From an uncultured Alphaproteobacteria bacterium (GTDB taxonomy: Bacteria; Pseudomonadota; Alphaproteobacteria; Rhodobacterales; Rhodobacteraceae): DNA of 64,000 nucleotides. This document shows, in pieces, positions 38,980 through 50,659 of the stretch (its first letter is position 1; every line of letters starts with the position of its first letter). The position numbers and the translations under genes are program-made. The notes beneath the pieces are model-generated. The model did no database searches. It saw nothing but the letters and a program-made list of their open reading frames with translations, and was not told where the DNA came from. The stretch lies in assembly GCA_963715835.1 (NCBI GenBank), contig CAVQSH010000003.1:25918-89917 (forward strand), read 5' to 3'.

Positions 38980-39846
38980 TCAGGGCGATGCCCACGGCCT
39001 CGCGCCGGGTGAATTTCTCGTTGAAAAACAGGATCGACGCGGCCAGCGAAAAGATCAGCTCGACCTGCCCCACGGCTTTGACATAGGCCACGTTCTGCAA
39101 CGTGAAGGCCGTGAACCAGCACAGGCTTCCCGCCATCGAGGTCAGGCCGATCCAGACCGCGCGGCGCCAGCGCGCCCATGACGGCCCCGATCTGCCCCGG
39201 CTCGCGCCACCGCAGCCAGAGCGTCATCGCGATGGTCTGCGAGGTCGTGACCGCCGCCAGCGTCACCATCGCCCGCAGGAACGGATCGTCGCTCGCCAGT
39301 TCCAGCGACGCGCCCCGATAGGCCACGCTGGACACCGCAAACAGCGCCCCGGCCAGCAGCCCCAGCCCCGCCGCCCGCGACGCCAGACGGCGCATCCAGT
39401 TGCCCGTCAGCCCCGGTGTGCCCGACAGCACCAGCACCCCCACCAGCCCCAGCAGGATCGCGGCCAGCCCCGCAGGCGTGACCGCTTCGCCCAGCACCAC
39501 CAGCCCGGCAAAGGCGGTCAGCACCACCTCGGTATTCTTGAAGGTGATCCCCACCGCGAAATTGCGCTCCCGGAACAGGGCCACCACGCAGATCGTCGCC
39601 AGGATCTGCCCCAGCCCGCCCAGCAGGGCATAGACCCAGAACAGGCCCGACAGCGCAGGCAGCGGCAGCCCGCGCAGCGCCAGATAGACAGCCACCAGCA
39701 GCAGCACCAAGCGGCGAGGAATAGATGAACCGCGCAAACGTGGCCCCTGCCGTGGACAAGGCCCCCATGCTCAGTTGTTTTTGCAGCATGAATCGCGCGG
39801 TCTGAAACCCCGCAGCAAGGACAGTGGCGATGACCCATGTTTCCAT
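38942..39846 (-). CDS. DMT/EamA-family transporter (frameshifts ~39713 and ~39168)
   Basis: FQTARFMLQK, RNFAVGITFKNTEV, WFTAFTLQNVAYVKAVGQVE across three fragments. Confidence 0.85.
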
Positions 39847-39867
39847 GGGCCCTCTCATGCCCTCAAA

Positions 39868-40782
39868 TCAGGGCCTGCGCCAGAGGGGATGCGGCACCGG
39901 ATCCTTGGCCTTGAACAGGTAGCGCCGGAAGATCGCGGCATAGCTCGGGAACATGTAGCCGTCATTGCGCGCAAGATACTTGTCCCGGTTCGCGAAATAG
40001 AGCGCGGGCAGACGATACCACGGCAGCTTGGGATGCATGTGATGCACCACATGCAGGTTGTTGTTCAGAAACAGAAAGGCCAGCAGGCCGCGATCCTCGA
40101 TGATCACCGTGCGGCCACGGGCGCGCAGATGGGCCTGATGCTCCAGAAAGGTGCGGATCTTCAGGATCGACAGCGCGGCATAGCTGGACAGCACAAAGGC
40201 CCAGACCGGCATCTGCCCCAGCGCGGCCATCCAGCCCAGCACCAGCCCCAGCGCCGGGATATGCCACAGCCAGCCGCGCAGGACCGCGCGGTCACCGGCC
40301 CGGATCGCGCGCCAGTCCGCCGCCATGAAGGCCACCTGCCCCACCAGCGGCCCGATCAACAACCGCCCGATCAGCCGGTTGTTGAGGTTCAGCACCGCCT
40401 GCGTCACCGGCGACAGCCGCTCCCAGACGCTCGCATCAAGGTAGTTGCTTTCCGGATCGTCATAGGGATCGGTCAGGATCGAATCCTGATGATGCGCCAG
40501 ATGGGTGTCGCGGAACCGCAGATAGGGGATCGACAGGGTCAGCGCCGGAAAGACCAGCGCCTCGTTCAGCCACCTGGCCCGCGTCGGATGCCCGTGCAGC
40601 GCCTCATGGCACAAAGAGGAATGCAGCGCCGCCGCCAGCGTCACCATCACCATGCCCAGCGGCAGGAACCAGCCCGCCGCCCAAGTCGTCCCGACCGCCC
40701 AGACCGAATAGCACAGGACCAGCAGCCCCAGCGTCGGCCATTCCACCGCCCGCGCCCTGCTGCGCACCAAGGTGTCGCTCAT
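39868..40782 (-). CDS. Fatty acid desaturase-family membrane diiron protein
   Basis: His boxes HEALH, HLAHH, HVVHH. Confidence 0.88.
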   Translation of the reverse strand: MSDTLVRSRARAVEWPTLGLLVLCYSVWAVGTTWAAGWFLPLGMVMVTLAAALHSSLCHEALHGHPTRARWLNEALVFPALTLSIPYLRFRDTHLAHHQDSILTDPYDDPESNYLDASVWERLSPVTQAVLNLNNRLIGRLLIGPLVGQVAFMAADWRAIRAGDRAVLRGWLWHIPALGLVLGWMAALGQMPVWAFVLSSYAALSILKIRTFLEHQAHLRARGRTVIIEDRGLLAFLFLNNNLHVVHHMHPKLPWYRLPALYFANRDKYLARNDGYMFPSYAAIFRRYLFKAKDPVPHPLWRRP

Positions 40783-40887
40783 ATCTACCTGACATTTCTG
40801 AATTTCTTCAGACTTACGCCGGAAAGGGCGCTGTGGGTATTCGGAATATGATTAACAATTCTCGACAGCCGTGATATTAATCACCAA

Positions 40888-41749
40888 ATGAGAGATATCA
40901 TCGACAAGCGCCAACGCGCCACACAGTTCCGCCAACGCCTCGCCACCGCGATGGAGCGTCGCGGCCTCAGCCAGAGCGCGCTGGCCCGCCAGATCGGCGT
41001 GGACCGCTCGACCGTGTCGCAGCTTCTGTCCGATGCAGGCGCGCGCCTGCCCAACGCGCAGGTGGTGGGCGAATGCGCGGCGGCGCTGGGTGTCTCGGCG
41101 GACTGGCTCTTGTCCCTGTCCGACCGGCCCGAAAGTGCGGCCGACCTTCTGGCCAATTCGCTGTCCCTGACCGAGGCCCCCCGCGCGCTGGTGGACGAAC
41201 AGATCTTCAGCTGGCACCGCGAGGCGGCAGGCTACAAGATCCGCCACGTCCCCGCCGGCCTGCCCGACATGCTCAAGACCCATACCCTGCTCGACTGGGA
41301 ATACACCCCGCATCTGGGCCGCACGACCGAACAGGCGATCAATGCCTCGCAGGACCGGCTCGACTGGATGCGCGGGGCCCATTCCGACTATGAAATCGCC
41401 CTCCCCCTGCACGAGATGGAAAGCTTCGCCCTCGGCACCAGCTACTACACCGGACTGTCAGCCGCGATCCGCCGCGAACAGATCGACCGCTTCCTTGACC
41501 TGCACCATCAGTTCTATCCCGGCCTGCAGGCTCTATCTCTTCGACGCCCGCCGCGTCTATTCCGCGCCGATCACGATCTTCGGCCCGCTGCTGGCCGTGC
41601 TCTATATCGGGCGCAACTACGTGGCCTTCCGCGACAGCGAACGGGTGCAGGCCTTCACCAAGCATTTCGACCACCTGGTGCGCGAGGCCAGCATCTCGGC
41701 CCGCGACCTGACGGACCACCTCGCCGCCTTGCGCGCGCGCATCACATGA
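40888..41749 (+). CDS. XRE-family HTH regulator (frameshift near 41530)
   Basis: GLSQSALARQIGVDRSTVSQLL, LGVSADWLL; C-terminus in the 41342 frame. Confidence 0.85.
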
Positions 41750-41768
41750 CCGGCGGCGCACCCCGCCC

Positions 41769-41790
41769 CTTCATCTTGCCTGAAATACTC
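41769..41790 (+). repeat. REP-like intergenic element
   Basis: cttcatcttgcctgaaatactc. Confidence 0.65.
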
Positions 41791-41829
41791 ACATCCCACG
41801 CCAGCCCGGCCGCGCCACGTCACGCGGCG

Positions 41830-42354
41830 TCACGATGGCCGCTGCAACCGCCCCATGTCATAGCCATACCACTCCAGGATCTCTTGCGCGGCACGCAACC
41901 TGTCCGGCGCGGGGCTGGCGCTGCGATCCAGAATGAAGGCCTGCGATCCCGACGGCGTGCCCAGAACGGCGGTGCGGAAGCCCTCATCGACCCAGAGCAC
42001 CCACAACGCCTCGGCCTGCCCCTCCTGCCCCACGGGGCGCAACCGGCCGGGGCCTGTCAGCTCGTAAACCCGCCGCTGCACCACGCCATCCGCCCCGGTC
42101 ACATCGGCCACGATCTGCCCGGTGGTGGCACGCCGGTAAAGATGCCGCTCGGCGCTCACCGCCTGCCCCGGCGCGGCAAAGGCGGCAACCTGCACCCAGT
42201 CACCAAGGAACTGCCCGGTCTCGAACCGCTGGGTCGAGGCGAAAGGTGCGGCCGCGTCGCGAAAGCCCTGCACGGGCGATGGCGGCGCGGCACAGGCCGT
42301 CAGCAGGGCGAAGGCCAGCAGGCCAAGGCGCAATCGGGTGGCAGATGTGGACAT
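41830..42354 (-). CDS. Lipocalin (Blc-like) lipoprotein
   Basis: Lipobox LTA-C, FLGDWVQVA, LWVLWVDEGFRTAVLG, FILDR. Confidence 0.85.
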   Translation of the reverse strand: MSTSATRLRLGLLAFALLTACAAPPSPVQGFRDAAAPFASTQRFETGQFLGDWVQVAAFAAPGQAVSAERHLYRRATTGQIVADVTGADGVVQRRVYELTGPGRLRPVGQEGQAEALWVLWVDEGFRTAVLGTPSGSQAFILDRSASPAPDRLRAAQEILEWYGYDMGRLQRPS

Positions 42355-42445
42355 CGGGGCTCCTGTCAGGGCAGGACAGACGCCCGCCACAGCCGCACCC
42401 TAGGGGCCTGCCGCCCCGTGACGCAAGGCCCAAGCCGTGGATCAG

Positions 42446-43697
42446 CTATGCGTCGCGCAAGCGCCGCACCGCCCACCAGCTTGCCCCGGCCATCAGCCCC
42501 GCCGTCGCCAGACACAGCGGCACGCCCCCCATCTGATAGGACAGGCCCGACAGCAGCGTCCCCAGCAGCCGCCCCGCCGCATTGGACATGTAGTAGAACC
42601 CCACATCCATCGTCACCCGCGCCTCACTGGTGAAGGCCAGGATCAGATAGGAATGCACCGCCGAATTGACCGCGAAGACAAAGCCGAACACCAGCAACCC
42701 CGCCACCAGCGAGAGCGTCAGCCAATCCGCAGGCGCCCCCGCCCCAAAGGCCAGCGCCGCCAGCACCAGCGGGATCGGCACCAGCAGACCGGCCCAGCGG
42801 ATCGCCTGCCCCACGATCTCGGGCTCGGGCCGCAGCGCCGCGCGCAGGATGCGCGGCGCGCTGGCCTGCACCGCGCCATAGGCGATGATCCACAGCGCCA
42901 TGAACCCGCCGATCAGGAAAAACGCGGCCCGCGCGCCCTCGGGTGTGCCATCGGACAGGACCGACTGGAAATAGACGGGGATGCCCACCACGAACCAGAC
43001 ATCCCGCGCCCCGAACAGGAACATCCGCGCCAGCGACAGCCGGTTGATGCGGGCATCCGTGGACCAGACCTGCGAAAATTTCGCCTCCTTCGTCCCCGCA
43101 GGCAGGCCCGCCGGCATGAACAGCATCACCGCGACAAGGATCACCGCCAGCACGGCCGCCATCGCCCAGACCGCAGGCACGAAGCCGATCAGCCCCAGCA
43201 GCGCCGCACCCAAGGAAAAACCCGATCCCCTTGACCGCATTCTTCGATCCCGTCAGCCACGCCACCCAGCGGAACAGCCCGCCATCCCCCTTGGGCGCCA
43301 GCAGCTTGACCGCCGATTTCGACGCCATCTTGGACAGGTCCTTGGCCACGCCAGACGCCCCCTGCACCGCCATGACAAAGGCCACGGAGGCCGCCACGCT
43401 CCATGTCGGGTCAAGCTGCGCCAGCGCCACAAGTGCCGCGATCTGCACCGCCAGCCCCGCATAAAGCGTCCGCGTCAGCCCGAACCGCGCCGCGATCCAG
43501 CCCGCCGACAGGTTGGTGACGATCCCCGCCACCTCGTAAAGCAGGAACAGCCAGGCAAGCTGCACCGGGCTGAAGCCCAACCCGTTGAAATGCAACAGGA
43601 CCAGCATCCGCAGCGCCCCATCCGACAGCATGAAGGCCCAATAGGCCGCTGTCACCGTCGCATAGGCGCGCAAGCCCTCTGGGGCGCTATCGCTCAC
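42446..43697 (-). CDS. arsJ: ArsJ organoarsenical efflux MFS transporter (frameshift near 43222)
   Basis: [75 protein letters not shown]; follows gapdh. Confidence 0.9.
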
Positions 43698-44704
43698 ATC
43701 GCCCCCGCGACCATGCGGGCGATATCGGCCATCCGGCAGGCATAGCCCCATTCATTGTCATACCAGGCATAGACCTTCACCTGCGTCCCGTTCACCACCA
43801 TGGTCGAAGGCGCGTCGATGATCGCCGAACGCGGATCGCCGCGATAATCGCAGGACACCAGCGGCCGTTCCTCATAGCCAAGGATGCCCTGCAAATCGCC
43901 CTCGGCAGCGGCCTTGAACAACCCGTTCACCTCCTCGACCGTGGTGGCGCGCTCCATCTCGAACACCGCGTCGGTGATCGAGGCATTCAGCAGCGGCACT
44001 CGCACCGCATGGCCGTTCAACCGGCCTTTCAGCTCCGGGTAGATCAGCGTGATCGCCGTGGCGCTGCCCGTGGTCGTGGGGATTAGGTTCATCAGCGCGG
44101 ACCTTGCCCGGCGCATGTCCTTGGCGGGTCGATCCACGATGGTCTGAGTGTTTGTCACATCATGGATTGTCGTGATTGATCCATGCTTTATGCCCAGATT
44201 CTCGTGCAACACCTTCACAACCGGGGCCAGGCAATTCGTGGTGCAACTGGCCGCCGTGATCAGCCTGTGTTCCGCCGGATCATACAGGTGATCGTTCACC
44301 CCATAGACAAGGTTCAGCGCCCCGCCATCCTTGACGGGCGCCGAGACGATCACCTTTTTCACCCCCGCCGCATAATAGGGGGCGATCTTTTCCGCGGTCT
44401 TGAACACGCCTGTGCAATCCAGCACCAGATCAATGCCCATCGCGGCCAGCGGCAGATCCTCGATCCGCTTTTCCCCCGTCACCCGCATCCGCTGCCCGTT
44501 CAGGGTCAGGCTGTCCGCATCATGGGCGATCTGCCCCCGCCAGCGCCCATGCACGCTGTCGAACTCCATCAGCAGCGCATGCTGATCCGGCGTGCCCGCA
44601 GGATCGTTGAGCAGGACAATCTCGCCCTGCACCGGGTCATCCGCCAAGGCGCGCAGCAACAGCTTGCCGATGCGGCCAAATCCATTCAGGGCAATGCGGG
44701 TCAT
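43694..44704 (-). CDS. ArsJ-associated glyceraldehyde-3-phosphate dehydrogenase
   Basis: [22 protein letters not shown]; located within the ars operon. Confidence 0.93.
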   Translation of the reverse strand: MTRIALNGFGRIGKLLLRALADDPVQGEIVLLNDPAGTPDQHALLMEFDSVHGRWRGQIAHDADSLTLNGQRMRVTGEKRIEDLPLAAMGIDLVLDCTGVFKTAEKIAPYYAAGVKKVIVSAPVKDGGALNLVYGVNDHLYDPAEHRLITAASCTTNCLAPVVKVLHENLGIKHGSITTIHDVTNTQTIVDRPAKDMRRARSALMNLIPTTTGSATAITLIYPELKGRLNGHAVRVPLLNASITDAVFEMERATTVEEVNGLFKAAAEGDLQGILGYEERPLVSCDYRGDPRSAIIDAPSTMVVNGTQVKVYAWYDNEWGYACRMADIARMVAGAM

Positions 44705-45555
44705 GCGGATTTTCCTTCCAGAACGGCCTCTCGGCCAATGTCATCAATGGATTTTTGCAAGGCGATCCGGTCCAGATCGTCCACCGGCAGCGCGACAAAG
44801 GCGGCGATCCGGCGGCGCATCGCGTCAAAGGCCGTGGCAAAGGCCAGCGCCTGCTCGGCCTCGGTCCCCGTCGCCCTGACCGGATCGGGGATGCCCCAAT
44901 GGGCGCTCAACGGATGACCGGGCCATGGCGGGCAATCCTCCGACGCGGCGCGGTCGCAGACGGTGAAGACAAAATCCATCCACGGCGCCTGCGCCCCCTC
45001 GAATTCCGACAGATCCTTGGACCGCAGATCCTCTGTTGCGAACCCTGCCCGCTTCAGCAGATCGACCGCACGCGGATGCGGCACCCCGCGCGGCACGGTG
45101 CCCGCGGAAAAGGCCCGGAAACGCCCTTGCCCCATGTCGTTCAGAAGCGCCTCGGCCATGATCGACCGCGCGGAATTGCTGGTGCAGATGAACAATACGT
45201 TGAACATCCTCGTCTCCTGTCCTGTGTGGGAAAACATCTCAGCCCCCGGAAGATGGGCGCAGACTTCGGGCCGCCCCCGGCAGCAATCATCGACCAGAAA
45301 TGTAACAAGCTGCCCCGCCCGCTCCAGATCGACACTGTAGAACAGCGAGCGCCCCTGCCGGGTCGCGCGGATCAGCCCCGCGCGGTCCAGATCGGACAGG
45401 TAATGCGACAGGGTATTCTGTTTGAGATCAAGCGCTTCGGCGATCTCGGTCGGGCGCACACCCTGCGGCATGTGACGCATCAACAGCCGGAACACCGACA
45501 GCCGCCCGGCATGGCCGAGCGTGGCGAAAGCGGAAATGGCGAGATTCGTATCCAT
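44701..45555 (-). CDS. ArsR-ArsC fusion (As-sensing repressor + LMW-PTP-type arsenate reductase)
   Basis: ArsR HTH ending [11 protein letters not shown]; [29 protein letters not shown]. Confidence 0.9.
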   Translation of the reverse strand: MDTNLAISAFATLGHAGRLSVFRLLMRHMPQGVRPTEIAEALDLKQNTLSHYLSDLDRAGLIRATRQGRSLFYSVDLERAGQLVTFLVDDCCRGRPEVCAHLPGAEMFSHTGQETRMFNVLFICTSNSARSIMAEALLNDMGQGRFRAFSAGTVPRGVPHPRAVDLLKRAGFATEDLRSKDLSEFEGAQAPWMDFVFTVCDRAASEDCPPWPGHPLSAHWGIPDPVRATGTEAEQALAFATAFDAMRRRIAAFVALPVDDLDRIALQKSIDDIGREAVLEGKSA

Positions 45556-45584
45556 ATTTCCTGAATAATGGAAATATGGATACG
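45547..45584. promoter_or_regulatory. ArsR operator: perfect 15-8-15 inverted repeat overlapping the start codon
   Basis: CGTATCCATATTTCC-tgaataat-GGAAATATGGATACG. Confidence 0.75.
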
Positions 45585-45605
45585 GTCAAGTCTGAATCAT
45601 CAGGA

Positions 45606-46652
45606 TCAGTAAGGCAGCGGATGCGCCCGGTGCACCTGGTCGATCCGCGCCGCCAGCCCCTCGGGCAGCGCAATCCCCGCCCCTGCCAGGGCATGATCCA
45701 ACTGGTCCTGCGTGCTGGCCCCGAAGATCACCGAGGTCATGAAGGGCCGCGACGCACACCACGCCAGCGCCATATGCACCGGGTCCAGACCGAATTCCGC
45801 CGCAAGGTCCAGATAGGCCTGCACGGCGGCGAAAGCGCGATCCGTGATCCGCCCGCCCAGATCCGGCGTGCGCGTGCGGCGCGAGCCCTCGGGGATCGCC
45901 CCGTTCTGATACTTGCCCGTCAGCATCCCCGTCGCCAGCGGCGAGAACGCCAGCAGGCCCACATCCTCGTTCACGCTCATCTCGGCCAGATCGGTGTCAT
46001 ACATCCGGCACATCAGCGAATATTCGTTCTGGATCGAGGCGACGCGCGGCCAGCCCTTCTCATCGGCGATCCGCGCCCATTGGGTCGTGCCCCATGCGCT
46101 TTCATTGGACAGGCCGAAATGGCGGATATTGCCCTTCTCGACCTGCCGCTGCAGCGCCTCCAGCGCGTCCTCCATATGGGCGATGGTATCGGCCCGGTTC
46201 TGCGAGGACGGATCATAGCTCCAGTTGCGCCGGAACATGTAGGAGCCGCGATTGGGCCAGTGGAACTGGTAGAGGTCGATCACATCGGTCTTCAGCCGCT
46301 TGAGCGACCCTTCGATGGCCCCCGGAATCGTGGCCGAGGTGATCGGCGCGCCGTCGCGGACATGGGCCATGCCCTCGCCGGTATGCTTGGTGGCAAGCAC
46401 ATAGTCCCCCCGCCGCCCCGGATTGGCGGCCTGCCAGTTGCCGATCACCTCCTCGGTCAGGCCGATCGTCTCCTTGGCGACCGGGTTGACCGGATACATC
46501 TCGGCCGTGTCGATGAAATTGATCCCGTGATCCAGCGCGGTTTCAATCTGGCGATGGGCGTCCGCCTCGGGCGTCTGGGTGCCATATGTCATGGTGCCAA
46601 GGCACAGCTCGCTGACCATCAGGCCGGTCCGGCCCAGCGGGTTCATCTTCAT
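45606..46652 (-). CDS. Aldo/keto reductase (Tas-like)
   Basis: LCLGTMTYG, IDTAEMY, IDLYQFHWP, GLSNE, IQNEYSL. Confidence 0.93.
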   Translation of the reverse strand: MKMNPLGRTGLMVSELCLGTMTYGTQTPEADAHRQIETALDHGINFIDTAEMYPVNPVAKETIGLTEEVIGNWQAANPGRRGDYVLATKHTGEGMAHVRDGAPITSATIPGAIEGSLKRLKTDVIDLYQFHWPNRGSYMFRRNWSYDPSSQNRADTIAHMEDALEALQRQVEKGNIRHFGLSNESAWGTTQWARIADEKGWPRVASIQNEYSLMCRMYDTDLAEMSVNEDVGLLAFSPLATGMLTGKYQNGAIPEGSRRTRTPDLGGRITDRAFAAVQAYLDLAAEFGLDPVHMALAWCASRPFMTSVIFGASTQDQLDHALAGAGIALPEGLAARIDQVHRAHPLPY

Positions 46653-46730
46653 CGGATAAGTCTCCTTGATGCGTGTCCGGGGCGGAACCTAACGCGTTTT
46701 CAGGCAGGGTCACCCCCGAAAAGATATTTG

Positions 46731-46745
46731 GAACAAATCAGGAAC
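46731..46745 (+). promoter_or_regulatory. Alphaproteobacterial LexA (SOS) box
   Basis: GAAC-AAATCAG-GAAC (GAAC-N7-GAAC), 16 bp before the imuA start. Confidence 0.8.
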
Positions 46746-46761
46746 ATGCTAAAAGCAGACC

Positions 46762-47397
46762 ATGACGATTCCCCTGAGCCCCGCCCTGCTGACCCGCGCG
46801 CCGCAGCGTGACCGCCCGGCCCTGATGCTGGGCGATGACATCCGGCTGGTGCTGGCCCGGCTGCACGAATGCTGCGGCCCGGCCCGGCGCAGCTTCGCCC
46901 TCTGGCTGGCGGGGATGGTGCAGCGCAAACATCCCGGCCCGGTCATCTGGATCACGCCGCGCCACCTGCCCGACCGGCCCAACCCGGATGGCGTGGCGGG
47001 GCTGGCCCGGCCCGAAGGGTTCCTGCACCTCGCCCCCCAGCGCCCCGAGGATCTGCTGTGGTGCATGGAAGAAGCCCTGCGCAGCGGGGCGGTTCCCCTC
47101 GTGGTGGCCGACCTGCCCGGCCCGCCCGGCCTGACACCCGTCCGCCGCCTGCATCTGGCCGCCGAAACGGGTGCTGCCGAAGGCGCCTTCGCCCCCCTCG
47201 GCCTGATCCTGACACCCGAGACGGGCGGCGCGCAGGGGGTGGAAACCCGCTGGCACATGGCCCCCGCCCACAGGCCCGGCGAACAGGGCTGGACCCTGCG
47301 CCGCCTGCGCGCGCGGCAAGACCCGCCCCGCGACTGGCACCTGCGCGGTCCCGCCCATGCCGCCACCGGACCGATCCGGGCAGAGGGTGCAGGATGA
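46762..47397 (+). CDS. imuA: ImuA-like SOS mutagenesis protein
   Basis: RLHECCG, VIWI, DLLWCMEEALRSG, RRLHLAAE, ETRW; LexA box upstream. Confidence 0.85.
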   Translation: MTIPLSPALLTRAPQRDRPALMLGDDIRLVLARLHECCGPARRSFALWLAGMVQRKHPGPVIWITPRHLPDRPNPDGVAGLARPEGFLHLAPQRPEDLLWCMEEALRSGAVPLVVADLPGPPGLTPVRRLHLAAETGAAEGAFAPLGLILTPETGGAQGVETRWHMAPAHRPGEQGWTLRRLRARQDPPRDWHLRGPAHAATGPIRAEGAG

Positions 47398-47453
47398 GTA
47401 TTTGAAGCAAGATGAAGCCGCGGCAGCCCGCCTTCATCTTGCACCAAATACTC
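47396..47453. repeat. Inverted pair of REP-like elements (hairpin)
   Basis: gagtatttgaagcaagatgaag-N14-cttcatcttgcaccaaatactc. Confidence 0.75.
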
Positions 47454-47529
47454 TCGCCGAAGGCGACAGCACCTGCAAAACCTGCAAAGCCCCCTTGCCA
47501 TCCCCGGCGGGATGGGCAGGACTGGCCCC

Positions 47530-48754
47530 ATGCGCCTGATGATCTCCTTTGCCGCCCTGTTCCTGTCGGTCATCCTGCTCCAGCTCTCGACCGGGCGGCG
47601 TGGGGCCGCTGGATGCGCTGTCGGGCATCACGCTCGATTTCACCAATGCGCAGATCGGCCTGCTGGGCTCGGCGCATTTCTTCGGCTTCTTCATCGGCTG
47701 CTGGTGGGCCCCGCGCCTGATGGGCACCATCGGCCATTCCCGCGCCTTCGCCGCCTTCACCGCCGCCGGGGCCATCGGCCTGCTGGCCCATATGCTGGTG
47801 ATCGACCCCTATGCCTGGGCGCTGATGCGGGTGGCCTCGGGGCTCTGCGTGGCGGGCTGCTACACGGTGATCGAGGCCTGGTTGCAGGCCAAGGTCACCA
47901 ACGAGACGCGCGGCCGCGCCATGGGCACCTACCGGGTGGTCGACATGGGCGCGTCGCTGGTGGCGCAGATGCTGATCTGCGGTGCTCGAACCTGCCTCCT
48001 ATGTCTCCTACAACCTGCTGGCGCTGCTGTGCTGCGCCGCGCTCCTGCCGATGACGCTGACCCGCACCGCCGAGCCCGAAACCCCGACCGCCCCGCGCCT
48101 GCGCCCGATGCTGGCCGTGACCCGCTCGCCGCTGGCCGCCGCGGGCGTGGTGGTCGCGGCCCTGTCCAGCGCGTCCTTCCGCATGGTCGGGCCGGTCTAT
48201 GGGCAGGGCGTCGGCCTGGCGGTGGATCAGATCGCCTATTTTCTGGCGGCTTTCGTGCGGGCGGGGCGCTGGCGCAATATCCCGTGGGCTGGCTGGCCGA
48301 CAAATATGACCGCCGCTGGGTGCTGATCTGGCTCTCGGTCGCCTCGATCGCCAGTTCGGCCCTGACCGCCCTCACCGGGGATCTGGGCACCGTGGGCGTG
48401 CTGCTGACGGCCACGCTCTTCGGGCCGACGACCTTTCCGATCTATTCGGTCGCCGCCGCCCATGCCCATGATTTCGCCGACACATCCGAACGGGTCGAAC
48501 TGTCGGCGGCGCTGATGTTCTTCTTTGCCCTCGGCGCCATCGCAGCCCCGCTGCTGGCCTCGATCCTGATCGAGGTCTATGGCCCCTCGGCCATGTTCAT
48601 CATGATCGGCACGGGCCATGCGGTGCTGGTGGTCTTCGGTCTGATCCGGATGCGGATGCGCCCACGCGCGGCACGCCGCACGCCCTATGTCTGGGCCCCG
48701 CGCACCTCCTTCCTGATCGGACGGCTGACCGGACGCGCCCGCGACGAGGACTGA
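47530..48754 (+). CDS. MFS transporter, YcaD-like (three frameshifts)
   Basis: [44 protein letters not shown]. Confidence 0.85.
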
Positions 48755-48843
48755 GGATCAACCCGCCGCTGGAACCCCGCCGCACCTTGCGCTAAGGAAG
48801 GGCCAAACCGCAGATACGTCTGGAAATACAGGGGCGCGACGAC

Positions 48844-50569
48844 ATGGCACGGCATCTGATCACCTCGGCGATCCCCTACATCAACGGGATCAAGCATCTG
48901 GGCAACCTCGTGGGCAGCCAGTTGCCCGCCGATCTTTACGCCCGCTACCAGCGCGGGCGCGGCAACGAGGTGCTGTTTCTCTGCGCCACCGACGAACACG
49001 GCACGCCCGCCGAACTGGCCGCCGCCAAGGCCGGCAAGCCGGTCGCCGAATACTGCGCCGAGATGCATGCAGGTGCAGGCCGAGATCGCGCGCGGCTTCC
49101 GCCGTCAGCTTCGATCATTTCGGCCGCTCCTCCAGCCCGCAGAACCATCGGCTGACCCAGCATTTCGCAGGCCGTCTGGCCGAGGCCGGGCTGATCCGCG
49201 AAGTCTCCGAGACGCAGATCTATTCGAAGGCCGACGGCCGCTTCCTGCCCGACCGCTATATCGAGGGCACCTGCCCCAACTGCGGCTTTGACAAGGCGCG
49301 CGGCGATCAATGCGACAACTGCACCAAGCAGCTTGATCCCGTGGACCTGATCAACCCGCGCTCGACCATCTCGGGCTCGACCGATCTGGAACAGCGCGCC
49401 ACCAAGCACCTCTACCTGCGCCAGAGCGCCATGCGCCAGCAGTTGCAGGACTGGATCGACAGCAAGACCGACTGGCCGATCCTGACCACCTCGATCGCCA
49501 AGAAATGGCTGAACGACGGCGACGGCTTGCAGGATCGCGGCATCACCCGCGATCTGGACTGGGGCATCCCGGTCAAGAAGGGCGATCAGGACTGGCCGGG
49601 GATGGAGGGCAAGGTCTTCTACGTCTGGTTCGACGCGCCCATCGAATACATCGCCTGCGGCGCCGAATGGGCCGAGGCGCATGGCCTGAAGGCCGAAGCC
49701 TGGGAACGCTGGTGGCGCACCGACAAGGGCGCGGATGACGTGACCTATACCCAGTTCATGGGCAAGGATAACGTGCCCTTCCACACGCTTCAGCTTCCCC
49801 GCCACGATCCTCGGCTCGGGCGAGCCGTGGAAGCTGGTGGATTACATCAAGTCGTTCAACTACCTGAATTATGATGGCGGCCAGTTCTCGACCTCGCGCG
49901 GGCGCGGCGTCTTCATGGATCAGGCGCTGGAGATCCTGCCCGCCGATTACTGGCGCTGGTGGCTTCTGTCCCACGCGCCGGAATCCTCGGATGCCGAATT
50001 CACATGGGAGAATTTCCAGACCTCCGTGAACAAGGATCTGGCCGATGTGCTGGGCAATTTCGTCAGCCGCGTCACCAAGTTCTGCCGCTCCAAATTCGGC
50101 GAGGCGGTCCCCGAAGGCGGCGAGATCGGCCCGCAGGAAACCGCGCTCATCGACGCGCTGACCACCCGCCTGCGCGCCTATGAAGGCCTCATGGACGCGA
50201 TGGAGGTGCGCAAATCGGCGCAGGAACTGCGCGCGATCTGGGTGCTGGGCAACGAATACCTGCAATCCGCCGCCCCTTGGGTCGACGATCAAGGAAGACC
50301 CCGAACGCGCCGCGATGCAGACGCGGCTGGGCCTGAACCTGATCCGGCTTTACGCGGTGCTCTCGGCCCCCTTCATCCCCGACGCAAGTGCGGCGATGCT
50401 GGCCGCCATGCAGGCGCAAGACGCCACATGGCCCGAGGGCGATCTGGGCGAATGGCTGACCGCCCTGCCCGCTGGCCACGCCTTCACCGTGCCCGAGGTG
50501 CTCTTCACCAAGATCACGGATGAACAGCGCGAGGATTGGCAGACCCGCTTCGCCGGCATCCGCACCTGA
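48844..50569 (+). CDS. metG: Methionyl-tRNA synthetase (several frameshifts)
   Basis: [79 protein letters not shown]. Confidence 0.95.
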
Positions 50570-50652
50570 AAAAAGGGCAGGCCCCCAAAGGCCCGCCCGC
50601 TTCTTCTTGCCTCAAATATCCGCAGGGGGTCCGGGGGGATGCATCCCCCCGG
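50570..50652. terminator. Bidirectional terminator-like hairpin plus REP-like element between convergent genes
   Basis: aaaaaGGGCaGGCC-cccaaa-GGCCcGCCC, then cttcttcttgcctcaaatatcc and the ccgggggg-atgcat-ccccccgg palindrome. Confidence 0.6.
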
Positions 50653-50659
50653 TCCGCCC

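Noticed and set aside
48844-50569. metG and other split genes as pseudogenes or programmed frameshifts
   Set aside because: metG is essential, the indels are scattered across unrelated genes, and no shared slippery motif is visible; sequencing error is more parsimonious.
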